32,306 bases of DNA. Source: Polyangiales bacterium. GTDB taxonomy: Bacteria; Myxococcota_A; Polyangia; Polyangiales; Houyiibacteriaceae. The notes under the pieces were generated by a model, which was not told the origin of the DNA, did no database searches, and was given only the letters and a program-made list of their open reading frames with translations. Where the stretch lies: the NCBI GenBank assembly GCA_045106895.1, contig JBGCFM010000257.1, positions 1-32,306 on the forward strand, in the 5' to 3' direction. Position numbers and translations under genes: made by a program. Below, in pieces: positions 8,146 to 17,113 of the stretch; the stretch's first letter is position 1, and each line of letters opens with the position of its first letter.

Positions 8146-9366
8146 ATGGAAATCTCCCTCATAGACAGCGTCTGGGTGTTGCTGAGCGCCTTCCTTGTGT
8201 TCTTCATGCACGCTGGTTTTGCCCTCCTCGAATCGGGCCTTTGCCGTCGAAAAAACGCCGTCGCGGTGCTGATGAAGAACTTTGGTGTCGTCGCCGTGGC
8301 GTCCATCGCGTTCTACGTCGTCGGATATGGGCTCATGTTCGGCGAAGGGACGTTCGTCGGCGTAGGGCCCTTTGCACCCGAGGCCGGCGCCGAAACCGTG
8401 GGGACGCTCCCGCTGCTCGTTCATGTGTTCTTCCAGCTCGTTTTCGCGGCGACGGCCTGCACCATCGTGAGCGGCGCCGTGGCCGAACGCACGAAGCTTG
8501 GCCCCTTTCTCGTATTCACCGCCGTCGCCACGGCGTTCATCTACCCCGTCGTTGGACACGCTGTTTGGGGAGGCGGTCTCCTCGCTCAATGGGGCTTCGT
8601 CGACTTCGCTGGGAGCACGGTGGTTCACCTTGTCGGCGGCGCCATGGCCCTCGCCGGCGCCCAAGTTGTCGGCGCGCGACGTGGCAAGTTCGACGGCGAG
8701 CGTAGCCGTCCGATGCGCGCACACAGCCTGCCCCTCGCGGCGCTCGGTGTGATGATCCTCTGGCTCGGTTGGTTTGGTTTTAATGGAGGCAGCACGCTCA
8801 GCGCAGCGGAGCCAGGCGTGATCGCTGGCATCGTCCTGGTGACCAATCTCGCCGCCGCCTCGGGCTTCCTCGTCGCCCTTGGCTACGTGAAGTGGCGCAC
8901 GAAATCCAATGACTTTTCGATGGGCCTCAACGGAGCGCTCGCGGGTCTCGTGTCCATCACAGCCGGGTGTGACCAAGTGAGTCCTCTCGCTGCGCTCCTC
9001 ATCGGTGCCGCCGGAGCGGTGATCTGCGTCGAGTGTGTATTCCTCCTCGAGCGTCGCAAGATCGACGACCCCGTCGGCGCCATCGCCGTTCACGGCGCCG
9101 CCGGCCTCTTTGGTACCGCGGCGGTCGGCATCTTCGGAGCAAACGGTCTCACCGCCGGAGCCGGCGTGACACAGCTTGGCGTTCAGCTCTTTGGCGGCGC
9201 CCTCGTGTTCGTTTTCGCGTACGGAGCAAGCCGGGTCCTCTGGCATACACTTCGTTCGCTCATGGGCGTGCGAGTCGAGGCGACCCATGAAGACGAGGGT
9301 CTCGATGTCGCGGAGTGCGGCGCGCCAGCGTACGGAGAAGAACTCCCCGTGCTGTCCCTAGGCTGA
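8146..9366 (+). CDS. amt: Ammonium transporter (Amt family)
   Basis: WVLLSAFLVFFMHAGFALLESG, FQLVFA..A.TIVSGAVAER, DFAGSTVVH, LWLGWFGFNGGS, NGALAGLVSITAG and DDPVGAIAVHG (both pore His present). About 11 TM helices. Confidence 0.96.
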   Translation: MEISLIDSVWVLLSAFLVFFMHAGFALLESGLCRRKNAVAVLMKNFGVVAVASIAFYVVGYGLMFGEGTFVGVGPFAPEAGAETVGTLPLLVHVFFQLVFAATACTIVSGAVAERTKLGPFLVFTAVATAFIYPVVGHAVWGGGLLAQWGFVDFAGSTVVHLVGGAMALAGAQVVGARRGKFDGERSRPMRAHSLPLAALGVMILWLGWFGFNGGSTLSAAEPGVIAGIVLVTNLAAASGFLVALGYVKWRTKSNDFSMGLNGALAGLVSITAGCDQVSPLAALLIGAAGAVICVECVFLLERRKIDDPVGAIAVHGAAGLFGTAAVGIFGANGLTAGAGVTQLGVQLFGGALVFVFAYGASRVLWHTLRSLMGVRVEATHEDEGLDVAECGAPAYGEELPVLSLG

Positions 9367-10890
9367 CGCGCGGCGGTTTTTAGGGCGCCTGGAAAGGCGA
9401 CGAAGGAAGAGGGCGCCGAAGGCGGCCCACCACACGCTTGGACTGCTTGAACGGTGTTCGAGGGAACAAGCGCAACCACCGTCGACGTCAGGAGCAGCGC
9501 CTCCTGCGTCGCTCACGGCTGCGTCGCCTGTGGCTGCGTCGAGTGCCGGGGCGCCGCCGTCGCGGCCAGCATCGGGGCCAGGTCCAGCGTCCGGAGCGGG
9601 CGGGGGACACTCCGGAACGCCGTCGCCGCTGCCTCCATCCCACTCGCCGGGCGTCCCAAGGTAGTAGAGGTTGTGCAGGAGGAGGTAGTCGAGGCCATTG
9701 AACTCAAAGCCTTCGCTGTCCTCCGCGCCAACGTAGTGCTGCTCGCGGGGACGAATGAAGCGGCTTGAAGTCGTCCAGCCGTGAACCGCGACGTCGGGGC
9801 GCGGGTTGCGGGGTTCGGCGCCGAGCGGGAGCTCATCGAGCATCGCGCGGGCGAGGCGGTTGAGCTCTTCGCCGTGGTCGCAGAAACCCGCGTCGTCGCC
9901 GTGAAGCGCTCGCGCGAGGAGCGGGTAGAGTTCCCAGCCATGTTCTTCTGCGAGGTGCCGTAGGTCGCCGATGGTCGTGTCGTCCCACCCGCGTCCGATC
10001 GCCGCGATGGACATGCCCATGTGAAGGTTGTCCGGGTTGCCGTAGAGCCCGGAGTCGATGCGTCGGCCGAGGGGCCAGAAGTGCGCGAGAGGTCCTTCGT
10101 CCGACGGCGTGAAGGCGCCATCCGTCACGTACGCGGCCAGCTTGAGAATGCCCGGGGCGTATGCATGAGCCGTCGCACCGCGTGCGACGTTGCGCCCGCA
10201 AGCTGGGTTGCGGATGATAAAGGGCTCTTCGCCTTCGACGAGATGCCGCAGGATCCGTTCCGCCATCTCCATGGCCCAAGCCCGGAGCGCGCGACCTTCC
10301 ACCATGAGAGCTGGGCTTACGTAGCGGCGGACAAGCGCGAGGCCAATCATCAGGTGGTAGACCTGGTCTTGGCTCATCTCCTTCTGCGTCTCGAAATCGA
10401 GGAAATCGGAGGCCACGGCATTCATGCCGTCAAAGCGCTCATGAAAGTCTGCGGGGACGTCGTCGCGAATGAAGAAGCCGTTGAGGCTGGGCTCGCTCGC
10501 GCAGGGTGCGGGAAACGACGCATCCGCGCTGTTGTCGAGGCGCTCAAGGGCGTTCAGGGCCTCGTAGAGGTAGCGCTCTGCGGACGAGCGTTCCAGGTCG
10601 AGCCCCGGAAAGTCGTCTTGCTGATCCAGGAGTGCGAGCTCCGTTGCCCAAACGCCGATGTCCCAGCCGAGTCGAATCGTTGCGTCTCCCCATCGAATCC
10701 GCGCGATCGAGGGGCGCCGGTCGCTGGCCGGGATGGCGTCCCCTGGACCTGTGCCAGGCGCGACATAGTCGCGTCGAAGCCGCTGTCGAAGGGCGCTGTA
10801 CTTTTGAAAGTTCTCGGCGCTTGTCTGCGCAAGGACTGGAAAAGAAAAGCTCATGAAGACGAACAGGAGCAGGGGCTGTCGCAGGCGCAT
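9358..10890 (-). CDS. Secreted protein of unknown function with MYXO-CTERM sorting signal
   Basis: Signal peptide, about 400-aa mostly helical domain, PDAG/DAG linker, GGCAC, hydrophobic stretch and RRLSRR. Extended -10 TGCTACGGT lies 6 nt before the ATG. Confidence 0.8.
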   Translation of the reverse strand: MRLRQPLLLFVFMSFSFPVLAQTSAENFQKYSALRQRLRRDYVAPGTGPGDAIPASDRRPSIARIRWGDATIRLGWDIGVWATELALLDQQDDFPGLDLERSSAERYLYEALNALERLDNSADASFPAPCASEPSLNGFFIRDDVPADFHERFDGMNAVASDFLDFETQKEMSQDQVYHLMIGLALVRRYVSPALMVEGRALRAWAMEMAERILRHLVEGEEPFIIRNPACGRNVARGATAHAYAPGILKLAAYVTDGAFTPSDEGPLAHFWPLGRRIDSGLYGNPDNLHMGMSIAAIGRGWDDTTIGDLRHLAEEHGWELYPLLARALHGDDAGFCDHGEELNRLARAMLDELPLGAEPRNPRPDVAVHGWTTSSRFIRPREQHYVGAEDSEGFEFNGLDYLLLHNLYYLGTPGEWDGGSGDGVPECPPPAPDAGPGPDAGRDGGAPALDAATGDAAVSDAGGAAPDVDGGCACSLEHRSSSPSVWWAAFGALFLRRLSRRPKNRRASA

Positions 10891-11054
10891 GGCCGGACCG
10901 TAGCACCTGCGTCGCTGCGTTTTCTGCAGGTGAGGGCTGCTTGATCCGCCGGTCTGAAGAAAACCACTAGCTACATTCGCTTGTTCTATAGTCTTCGGCG
11001 TTGGCTCCGTTCTTGCGTTCGACCTCCATTCGAACTTCTGATCTCAAGGCATCC

Positions 11055-12080
11055 ATGTACATCCGCTCGCTCCTCGTTGCCGCTCCATTGTTTCTGCTCT
11101 GTCATTGTGGGGACGACGACGTCGCCGTGGACGGCGGCTCCTTGCCGGACAGCGCGACTCAGGACGTCGCCTCCCCGATGGACGCGGCGAACCAAGACGC
11201 AACCACACCCACGGAGGACGGCGGTCCCATCGACGCCGGGACGGGGCGGCAGAATATTCGAGACTTCGTGTTCGCCGAGCGGAGCGGCGACTGCGCCGAT
11301 CACGCACGGAGCTCCACCGCCGCGGTCCTCGACATTCAAAACGAGCGGGACTTCGACGGGCTCGTCGATCTCGAGGCCGGGGAGAGCGCGTGCAGTCTTA
11401 CGTCCAACGCGATCCCGAGTCATGACTTCAACGACGAGAGCGCGAGCTTTCGCGCCAGCGACGTGATGGAGCTCGACACCACCTGGTCCATTCCGCGTAA
11501 CCCGGAGGCCGCCGACTCGACGACGGCCATCGACCTCGGTTCGTATGACGGAGTGATGTTGAACGGCGTCGTCCTCGACCTCCTCGCCGCGGGCTGTTTC
11601 GGTGTGGGTGACGGTCGGATCGGTTGCGGCGTCTTGACCACGCCCTACCGCTACGACCCTATGAGTCCACTCGCGAGTTTCGGCACCGACGAGCACAACG
11701 CGCACACACAGCCTGACGGTCGCTACCACTACCACGGCGACCCCTTAGACATGTACGGCACGGCGACGGCGGTCTCCGGCGTTATCGGTTTTGCCGCGGA
11801 CGGCTTCCCAATCTACGGTCCTTACTTCGACGACGGCACAATGATTCGGGCGGCGGCGAGCGGCTACGCGTTGAAAGAGGGTGAACGAGACGGCGGACCC
11901 GGCGGCGAATACGACGGGACCTTCGTCGACGACTATGAGTTCACCGGCGCCGGCGACCTCGACGAATGCAACGGGATGGTCGTCGACGGCCAGTACGGCT
12001 ACTACGTGACGGGATCCTACCCCTGGGTTCTCGCCTGCTTCCGGGGCACTCCGGACGCCTCCTTCAACAAGCGTCGCTAG
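11055..12080 (+). CDS. YHYH-domain lipoprotein
   Basis: Lipobox-like LLCHC-GDDD, SNAIPSH, G.MLNGV, D.HNAHTQPDGRYHYHG, IGFAADGFPIYGP and GDLDECNG....YGYYVT..YP. Confidence 0.88.
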   Translation: MYIRSLLVAAPLFLLCHCGDDDVAVDGGSLPDSATQDVASPMDAANQDATTPTEDGGPIDAGTGRQNIRDFVFAERSGDCADHARSSTAAVLDIQNERDFDGLVDLEAGESACSLTSNAIPSHDFNDESASFRASDVMELDTTWSIPRNPEAADSTTAIDLGSYDGVMLNGVVLDLLAAGCFGVGDGRIGCGVLTTPYRYDPMSPLASFGTDEHNAHTQPDGRYHYHGDPLDMYGTATAVSGVIGFAADGFPIYGPYFDDGTMIRAAASGYALKEGERDGGPGGEYDGTFVDDYEFTGAGDLDECNGMVVDGQYGYYVTGSYPWVLACFRGTPDASFNKRR

Positions 12081-12082
12081 GT

Positions 12083-13468
12083 TTGAACGCTCTTCTGCGA
12101 GTGCTTGCGATGGCGAGCTTCGGGCTTTTTGTCGCCTGTGGTGATGACGATGCGGCCTCCGACGCCGGAGAGCTGCTCGTCGATGTTGCGGTGCAAGACC
12201 CCGATGCAGGTCCGCCGCAGGACGCTTCGGCTCGCGACGCGCGGACGGGAAGCGATGCCGGCGGAAGCGCTCGTCCGAATATCCTCCTCGTCATCGCAGA
12301 CGATATGGGCATCGACTCCTCGGCGCAGTACGACGTTAGCGAAGACGTGCCGAATACGCCGACTCTCGACGGCCTCGCCGCGACGGGGATCGTCTTCGAC
12401 GACGCCTGGGCGACGCCTGCGTGCACCACGACGCGCGGCACGCTTATCTCTGGGCTCCATGGGGTTCACAGTGGCGTCGATTTCGTGCCGGCGGTTCTCG
12501 CACCTGACACACGAACTCTTCATGCCCATCTTGCTGAGCATAGCCCGGAGTACGCGACGGCCATCGTTGGCAAGTGGCATCTCGGAGGCCGCACGCCGGA
12601 CCTCAACGCGCCGCTGGCAGCAGGCGTTGGCTACTACGCTGGCACCATCGCCGGCGTCATCGACGACTACTTCGACTGGGACCTCACGACCGGCGGAGAG
12701 CTGGTGCCCCAGAGCACGTATCACACGACGGCGATGACGGACCTCGCCATCGAGTGGATCGAAAACCAGGAGGGGCCGTGGTTCATGTGGCTCGCGTACG
12801 TCGCTCCACACATTCCTTTCCACGCTCCCCCGGAGTCGCTTCATGAGCGGTCGCTCTTGGGCACCCCGGCGGATATTCGAAACAATCGACGGGAGTACTA
12901 CCTGGCTGCGATCGAAGCGATGGATCACGAACTCGGGCGACTCCTTGCGACGCTCTCGGACGAGGAACGCGACAACACGCTCATCGTGTTCTTGGGCGAC
13001 AACGGAACGCCCTCCCAAGCCGTCGACGTGGATGTCTTTGCCCCCACGCAGGCGAAGAATACGCTCTACGAAGGGGGCGTGCGGATTCCCCTTATCGTCT
13101 CAGGCGCCGGCGTGCGCGAAGGAGTCCGTGACCCAGCGTTGGTTCACACCGTCGACCTCTTCCCCACGTTGCTGCAGGTCCTCGGCCTGCCTTCCGATGC
13201 CTCCCTCGACGGAGAGAGCTTTGCGGATGTCCTCGTTCGCGAAGACGCCGGCACAAGAGAGTTCAACTATACGGAGTTCGTCAGCGACGCCGTCACGGGC
13301 TGGGCGGTTCGGGATGAGCGTTACAAGCTCATCCACTTCGAAGACGGCACCGAAGAGCTTTACGATCTAAGCCTCGACCTCGCCGAGACGAACAACCTCG
13401 TCGGCGACGCTGCACTTCAGGACCGCGCCGCCGCCCTCGCGGCCTACGGCGTTTCCCTGCGCCAATAA
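12083..13468 (+). CDS. Sulfatase-family (S1) lipoprotein; start is TTG 12083 or ATG 12110
   Basis: RPNILLVIADDMG, TPTLD.LA..G..F, ATPACTTTRGTLISG, GKWHLG, APHIP, GDNG, K.TLYEGGVRIPLI and ELYDL..D..E..NL. Lipobox FVAC-GDDD. Confidence 0.92.
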   Translation: MNALLRVLAMASFGLFVACGDDDAASDAGELLVDVAVQDPDAGPPQDASARDARTGSDAGGSARPNILLVIADDMGIDSSAQYDVSEDVPNTPTLDGLAATGIVFDDAWATPACTTTRGTLISGLHGVHSGVDFVPAVLAPDTRTLHAHLAEHSPEYATAIVGKWHLGGRTPDLNAPLAAGVGYYAGTIAGVIDDYFDWDLTTGGELVPQSTYHTTAMTDLAIEWIENQEGPWFMWLAYVAPHIPFHAPPESLHERSLLGTPADIRNNRREYYLAAIEAMDHELGRLLATLSDEERDNTLIVFLGDNGTPSQAVDVDVFAPTQAKNTLYEGGVRIPLIVSGAGVREGVRDPALVHTVDLFPTLLQVLGLPSDASLDGESFADVLVREDAGTREFNYTEFVSDAVTGWAVRDERYKLIHFEDGTEELYDLSLDLAETNNLVGDAALQDRAAALAAYGVSLRQ

Positions 13469-13495
13469 CGCGCTTCCAACAAAACGACGCCGAAG

Positions 13496-13521
13496 TGTAA
13501 GTCGGGTCTTTCTGCCTCGTT
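13496..13521 (+). promoter_or_regulatory. ECF-sigma-like promoter TGTAAG-N16-CGTT
   Basis: Motif and spacing match ECF promoter architecture (AAC-like -35, CGT -10) and lie just upstream of the AGGAG RBS. Confidence 0.4.
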
Positions 13522-13540
13522 GAGGGGCCAAGGAGACTTC

Positions 13541-14359
13541 ATGAGACTTACGCCCCGGATGTTGATAGTTGTTTTGGTTGGCTGCGGAGGCAGCTACGCG
13601 CCGATGAGCCCTGGCATGGACATGCAGGCGGGCGGCGAAGCCCCGATGCAGGCCGCGCAGGACATGGCCGCGGAGATGGCGGTGCCGCTCCCGTCGACGG
13701 AGGCGGGGCACTCGATGCAGGCGTCAAACCGTCCGGTCATCGAGCCCGATCAGGCCAGCGTCTTGCCGGTCCCGTCCCAGCAGCGACTTCGATTGATCTA
13801 CACCGCTCAGTTAGGTCTCATCGTCGAGCATGGGCTTGGCACCGCCGCCGTGGACCGACTCCTGGCGGCGACGCTTCAGCAAGGCGGATACCTCTCGACG
13901 CGCAACGCGCAGACCCTAGTGGTGCGAGTTCCCTCGGAGCGCTTTCATGAGATCTTCGCCATCTACGAACAGCAGGGCGACGTCACTTCTCGCAACGTTC
14001 AGGTTCAAGACGTCTCCGAGGAGTACCACGACCTGGAGATTCGAATTGAAAGCCTGACCACACTCCTGGCGCGCATGCGCGCGCTCCTCGAACGCACCGA
14101 CACCCTCGACGAGGTGTTGCGCATCGAGGCGGAACTCGGGCGCATCGTTTCAGAGATCGACACGGCCCGAGGTCGGCTCCGGTTCCTCGGCTCCCAAGCG
14201 GCTTGGTCGACGGTGACGCTGAGCGTGTCTGAGCGCCCCGCCCCAGTACCCAACGAGGAGCCGCCTCCACCGGCACCCATCGAACCCGAACTCGTCCGCC
14301 TGCCCATCGAGTGGCTCAACCAAACCGGCCTCGATGGCCTTCTGAACCTGGAGAACTGA
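13541..14359 (+). CDS. DUF4349-domain lipoprotein
   Basis: AGGAG RBS, LVGC lipobox, RLIYTAQL.L.V, GGY, LVVRVPSERF, DVSEEYHDLE.R and a coiled coil ending STVTL. Confidence 0.85.
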   Translation: MRLTPRMLIVVLVGCGGSYAPMSPGMDMQAGGEAPMQAAQDMAAEMAVPLPSTEAGHSMQASNRPVIEPDQASVLPVPSQQRLRLIYTAQLGLIVEHGLGTAAVDRLLAATLQQGGYLSTRNAQTLVVRVPSERFHEIFAIYEQQGDVTSRNVQVQDVSEEYHDLEIRIESLTTLLARMRALLERTDTLDEVLRIEAELGRIVSEIDTARGRLRFLGSQAAWSTVTLSVSERPAPVPNEEPPPPAPIEPELVRLPIEWLNQTGLDGLLNLEN

Positions 14360-14361
14360 TC

Positions 14362-14799
14362 ATGACCCGCCTTATCCCCGCTCTCGCGCTTCTGCTTTTG
14401 ACCGCTTGCGGTCCCTCTCTCCACACCCCTGGCGGCTTCGCACGCGTTGATGGGCACCATGACGTGCGCATCGCCAGTCCGGAAGGCGTGGCCATCGCCG
14501 TCAACGTGCACCGCAACCGCAGCCCTCGAGGAGATCTCGCATTCTGGGCCGGCGCCGTGAGCGCCCGTGTTCGCGGCCTCTACGGAAGCGTCGAGGAGAG
14601 CGCCATCGTGAGCGACGCCGGCGTCGAGGGCGTGCAGCTTCGTGCACGGACCACACGCAATGGACGCCCTCACCAATACTGGACGACGGTCTTCGTCGAC
14701 GGGCGAAGCGTCGTGACCGTCGAGGCTGGAGGCGACGACGCCTTCTTCGGGCCCCAGGTCGAGGCCATCGAAGAGGCGATTCGTAGCGTCGAACTCTAG
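14362..14799 (+). CDS. Hypothetical lipoprotein (co-transcribed with DUF4349)
   Basis: GGAG RBS, lipobox LLTAC, and a start 2 nt after the upstream stop. Confidence 0.75.
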   Translation: MTRLIPALALLLLTACGPSLHTPGGFARVDGHHDVRIASPEGVAIAVNVHRNRSPRGDLAFWAGAVSARVRGLYGSVEESAIVSDAGVEGVQLRARTTRNGRPHQYWTTVFVDGRSVVTVEAGGDDAFFGPQVEAIEEAIRSVEL

Positions 14800-14876
14800 C
14801 CGTGCTTTTCCAGGCGTGGGTTGTGCTCACCCTGAATCAGTCGCGCGAGCCTCCCCGAGGGAGGTAGTGTCGGCGT

Positions 14877-15425
14877 ATGACGCGCGTACGAGTCTTCATG
14901 GCGATGTCGTTGGATGGTTTCGTTGCGGGACCGAACGATGAACTCGACTGGCTTAGTGGGGCGGAAGGTGTTGAAGACACGTTCACGCCCTTCTTCAACG
15001 AAGTGGGTGCGATGCTGATGGGGCGTCGCACCTTCGACGTAGTGAGCGCCTTCGAGGCGGCTTGGCCCTATGGCGACACTCCGGTACTCGTCGCGACATC
15101 GCGCGATTTTCATTCGGATCTCAAGTCGGTTCGCGCGGTCCATGGGCCCATCGACGTGCTCATCGCAGAAGCGAAGAGCGTCGCCGGGGACGGCGACGTC
15201 TACGTCGATGGAGGGGCGCTGGTCCGCTCTGCGATGAGCTCGGGATGTGTCGACGAGCTCTGCATCACGTTGATCCCGATCGTGCTGGGCCGTGGGGTCC
15301 CGCTCTTCGCAGGACTGAAAGAACGTCACTCGCTGGAGCTTGTGCGCACGCGGCCCATCGGCGGCGGGCTCGTTGAGTTGGTCTATCGGCCAGCTTCATC
15401 GGCGGCGACTCTGTCCCACGTTTGA
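14877..15425 (+). CDS. Dihydrofolate reductase / RibD C-terminal family protein
   Basis: VFMAMSLDGFVAG, MLMGRRTFD, VYVDGG, VDEL.ITLIPIVLGRGVPLF. Confidence 0.92.
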   Translation: MTRVRVFMAMSLDGFVAGPNDELDWLSGAEGVEDTFTPFFNEVGAMLMGRRTFDVVSAFEAAWPYGDTPVLVATSRDFHSDLKSVRAVHGPIDVLIAEAKSVAGDGDVYVDGGALVRSAMSSGCVDELCITLIPIVLGRGVPLFAGLKERHSLELVRTRPIGGGLVELVYRPASSAATLSHV

Positions 15426-15533
15426 GGTCCAAGCCGCTCCGGAAACCCATGAGTCAGGCTCCAAATGGCAGTTTTGGGGGCCCAAGAACGGCGCGCGGCT
15501 GGCGGCGTCACTCTTCGCTGCTAGAGCAAAAGG

Positions 15534-16076
15534 GTGGGGACGGGGAAAAAGCTAGCGCCAAAGGAAGACGTGGCCCGCGGCCTCCTTTTGCATGGGCCGC
15601 TCTTTGTTCACCTCGATCCCCGTGAAGACGGTGTCGAGCTCCCTGACTCGTTGAGCGACGAGCCACACGTGATGCTCCAGGTCGGCCTGGACCTGCCGGT
15701 TCCTATCCCCGACTTGCGCGTCGACCGGCGAGGGATCAGCGGCACGCTTTCGTTCGCACGCTCCCCTTTTCGCTGCGTGGTCCCGTGGTCTGCCGTGTAC
15801 GCGATCTGCGGTGAGGATGGCCGCGGCATGGTCTGGCCTGACTCCATGCCACTCGAGGTCGAAGACGAGGTGCTTCGCGAACTAGGGCGCAAAGAGCCCC
15901 TGGGCCTGAGACTTCTCGAAGGCGGGGCCGCCGCCCAGCCTTCGGCGGAAGAGCCGGACGACTGCATCGACTGGGATTCTGTCCCACCGCCCCCGGAAGA
16001 CGCGAACAGCACCTGGGAGCCCGTCGACGCCGTCGCGAGCCCTGCAAAACCGTCGCATTTGCGTTTGGTTAAGTAG
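15534..16076 (+). CDS. sspB: ClpXP adaptor SspB (stringent starvation protein B family)
   Basis: VHLDPR..GV.LP, IPDL.VD..GISGTLSF....F.C.VPW.AVYAI, an acidic Pro-rich tail and C-terminal HLRLVK (ClpX-binding XB motif). Confidence 0.85.
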   Translation: MGTGKKLAPKEDVARGLLLHGPLFVHLDPREDGVELPDSLSDEPHVMLQVGLDLPVPIPDLRVDRRGISGTLSFARSPFRCVVPWSAVYAICGEDGRGMVWPDSMPLEVEDEVLRELGRKEPLGLRLLEGGAAAQPSAEEPDDCIDWDSVPPPPEDANSTWEPVDAVASPAKPSHLRLVK

Positions 16077-16118
16077 CGCTCTCTACAGATCTCGCGCAGG
16101 TCCGCCGATAGAGAAGGA

Positions 16119-17111
16119 GTGACCGCAGCGCTTCGCCGAGTACCGACCCTACAGGAACGCCTACGTGACGGTGAACGCGTGGACCTGAGCGGCGCTCGCC
16201 TGGTGGACGAAGACCTGTCGGGCCTCGATTTGAGTTCTTTCGATCTCTCGGGTGCAGATCTCAGCCGGGCCAACCTCGAAGGCACCCAGCTCGTCGGCGC
16301 GAATCTTCGCGGCGCTGTCCTCCACGAGACGAACCTTCGCGGCGCCGAGCTCGCCGGCGCAGACCTCACGGACGCACGCCTTGAGTCGTGTGACGCGCGG
16401 GAAGCAGGCTTCGGTTGTTGTCAGCTGGAGTCCGCGAACTTCTTTGCTGCCCGCCTTGAGTCCGCCAGCTTCGTCGAAGTCAAAGCGCGGAACGCCGACT
16501 TTCGCGCGTGCAAAGGCGAGGGCGCACGCTTCTGCCGCGCGGAACTCGCGGGCTGCGACTTCTCCCGGGCTGAGCTCCGAGGCGCCGACTTCGAAGGCGC
16601 CTTCGTCGGCGGCGCGCACTTCGTGGAGGCCGACGTGAGGCGCGCGCGCTTTCGCGCACTGCACGACTATCAGAGAGCTTCGTTCCTGCGCGCCGACGTG
16701 CGAGACGTCGACTTTAGCGGGGCGTACCTGCTGCGGCGCCACATCATCGACACGAACTACCTCGACGAGTTTCGTCGAAAAAACCGTTTCCACGCATGGC
16801 TCTACCGTGTCTGGTGGCTGACTTCGGATTGCGGCCGAAGTCTCACGCGTTGGGCGCTGTTTACCGCCGCCGTCACCGTCGCCTTTGGGTTCGCCTACTC
16901 CATCGTCCCCATCGACTTCGGGAGCCACCCGACGGCGCTTTCGCCCTGGTACTTCAGCGTCGTTACCCTCACGACACTTGGCTACGGGGACGTCCTCCCA
17001 AGCTCCACGCTCTCTCAGGGCCTGGTGATGGTTCAGGTCGCCGTTGGCTACTTTATGCTCGGTGGGCTCATCAGCATCTTCGCCAACAAGATGGCAAGGA
17101 GAGGAGACTAG
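16119..17111 (+). CDS. Pentapeptide-repeat protein fused to a 2-TM potassium channel pore
   Basis: Long A(D/N)LxG-type pentapeptide run, then a TM helix, YFSVVTLTTLGYGD selectivity filter and a second TM helix. Confidence 0.9.
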   Translation: MTAALRRVPTLQERLRDGERVDLSGARLVDEDLSGLDLSSFDLSGADLSRANLEGTQLVGANLRGAVLHETNLRGAELAGADLTDARLESCDAREAGFGCCQLESANFFAARLESASFVEVKARNADFRACKGEGARFCRAELAGCDFSRAELRGADFEGAFVGGAHFVEADVRRARFRALHDYQRASFLRADVRDVDFSGAYLLRRHIIDTNYLDEFRRKNRFHAWLYRVWWLTSDCGRSLTRWALFTAAVTVAFGFAYSIVPIDFGSHPTALSPWYFSVVTLTTLGYGDVLPSSTLSQGLVMVQVAVGYFMLGGLISIFANKMARRGD

Positions 17112-17113
17112 TC

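Noticed and set aside
2221..14271. Integrative element at ssrA with an att duplicate (CGCCTCCACC at 14262-14271)
   Set aside because: Only a 10-bp match inside Pro codons of the DUF4349 gene; no integrase and no longer copy of the ssrA 3' end in the window.
16119..16760. Qnr/MfpA quinolone-resistance protein
   Set aside because: The pentapeptide repeat is fused to a K+ channel pore; nothing specific supports gyrase protection.
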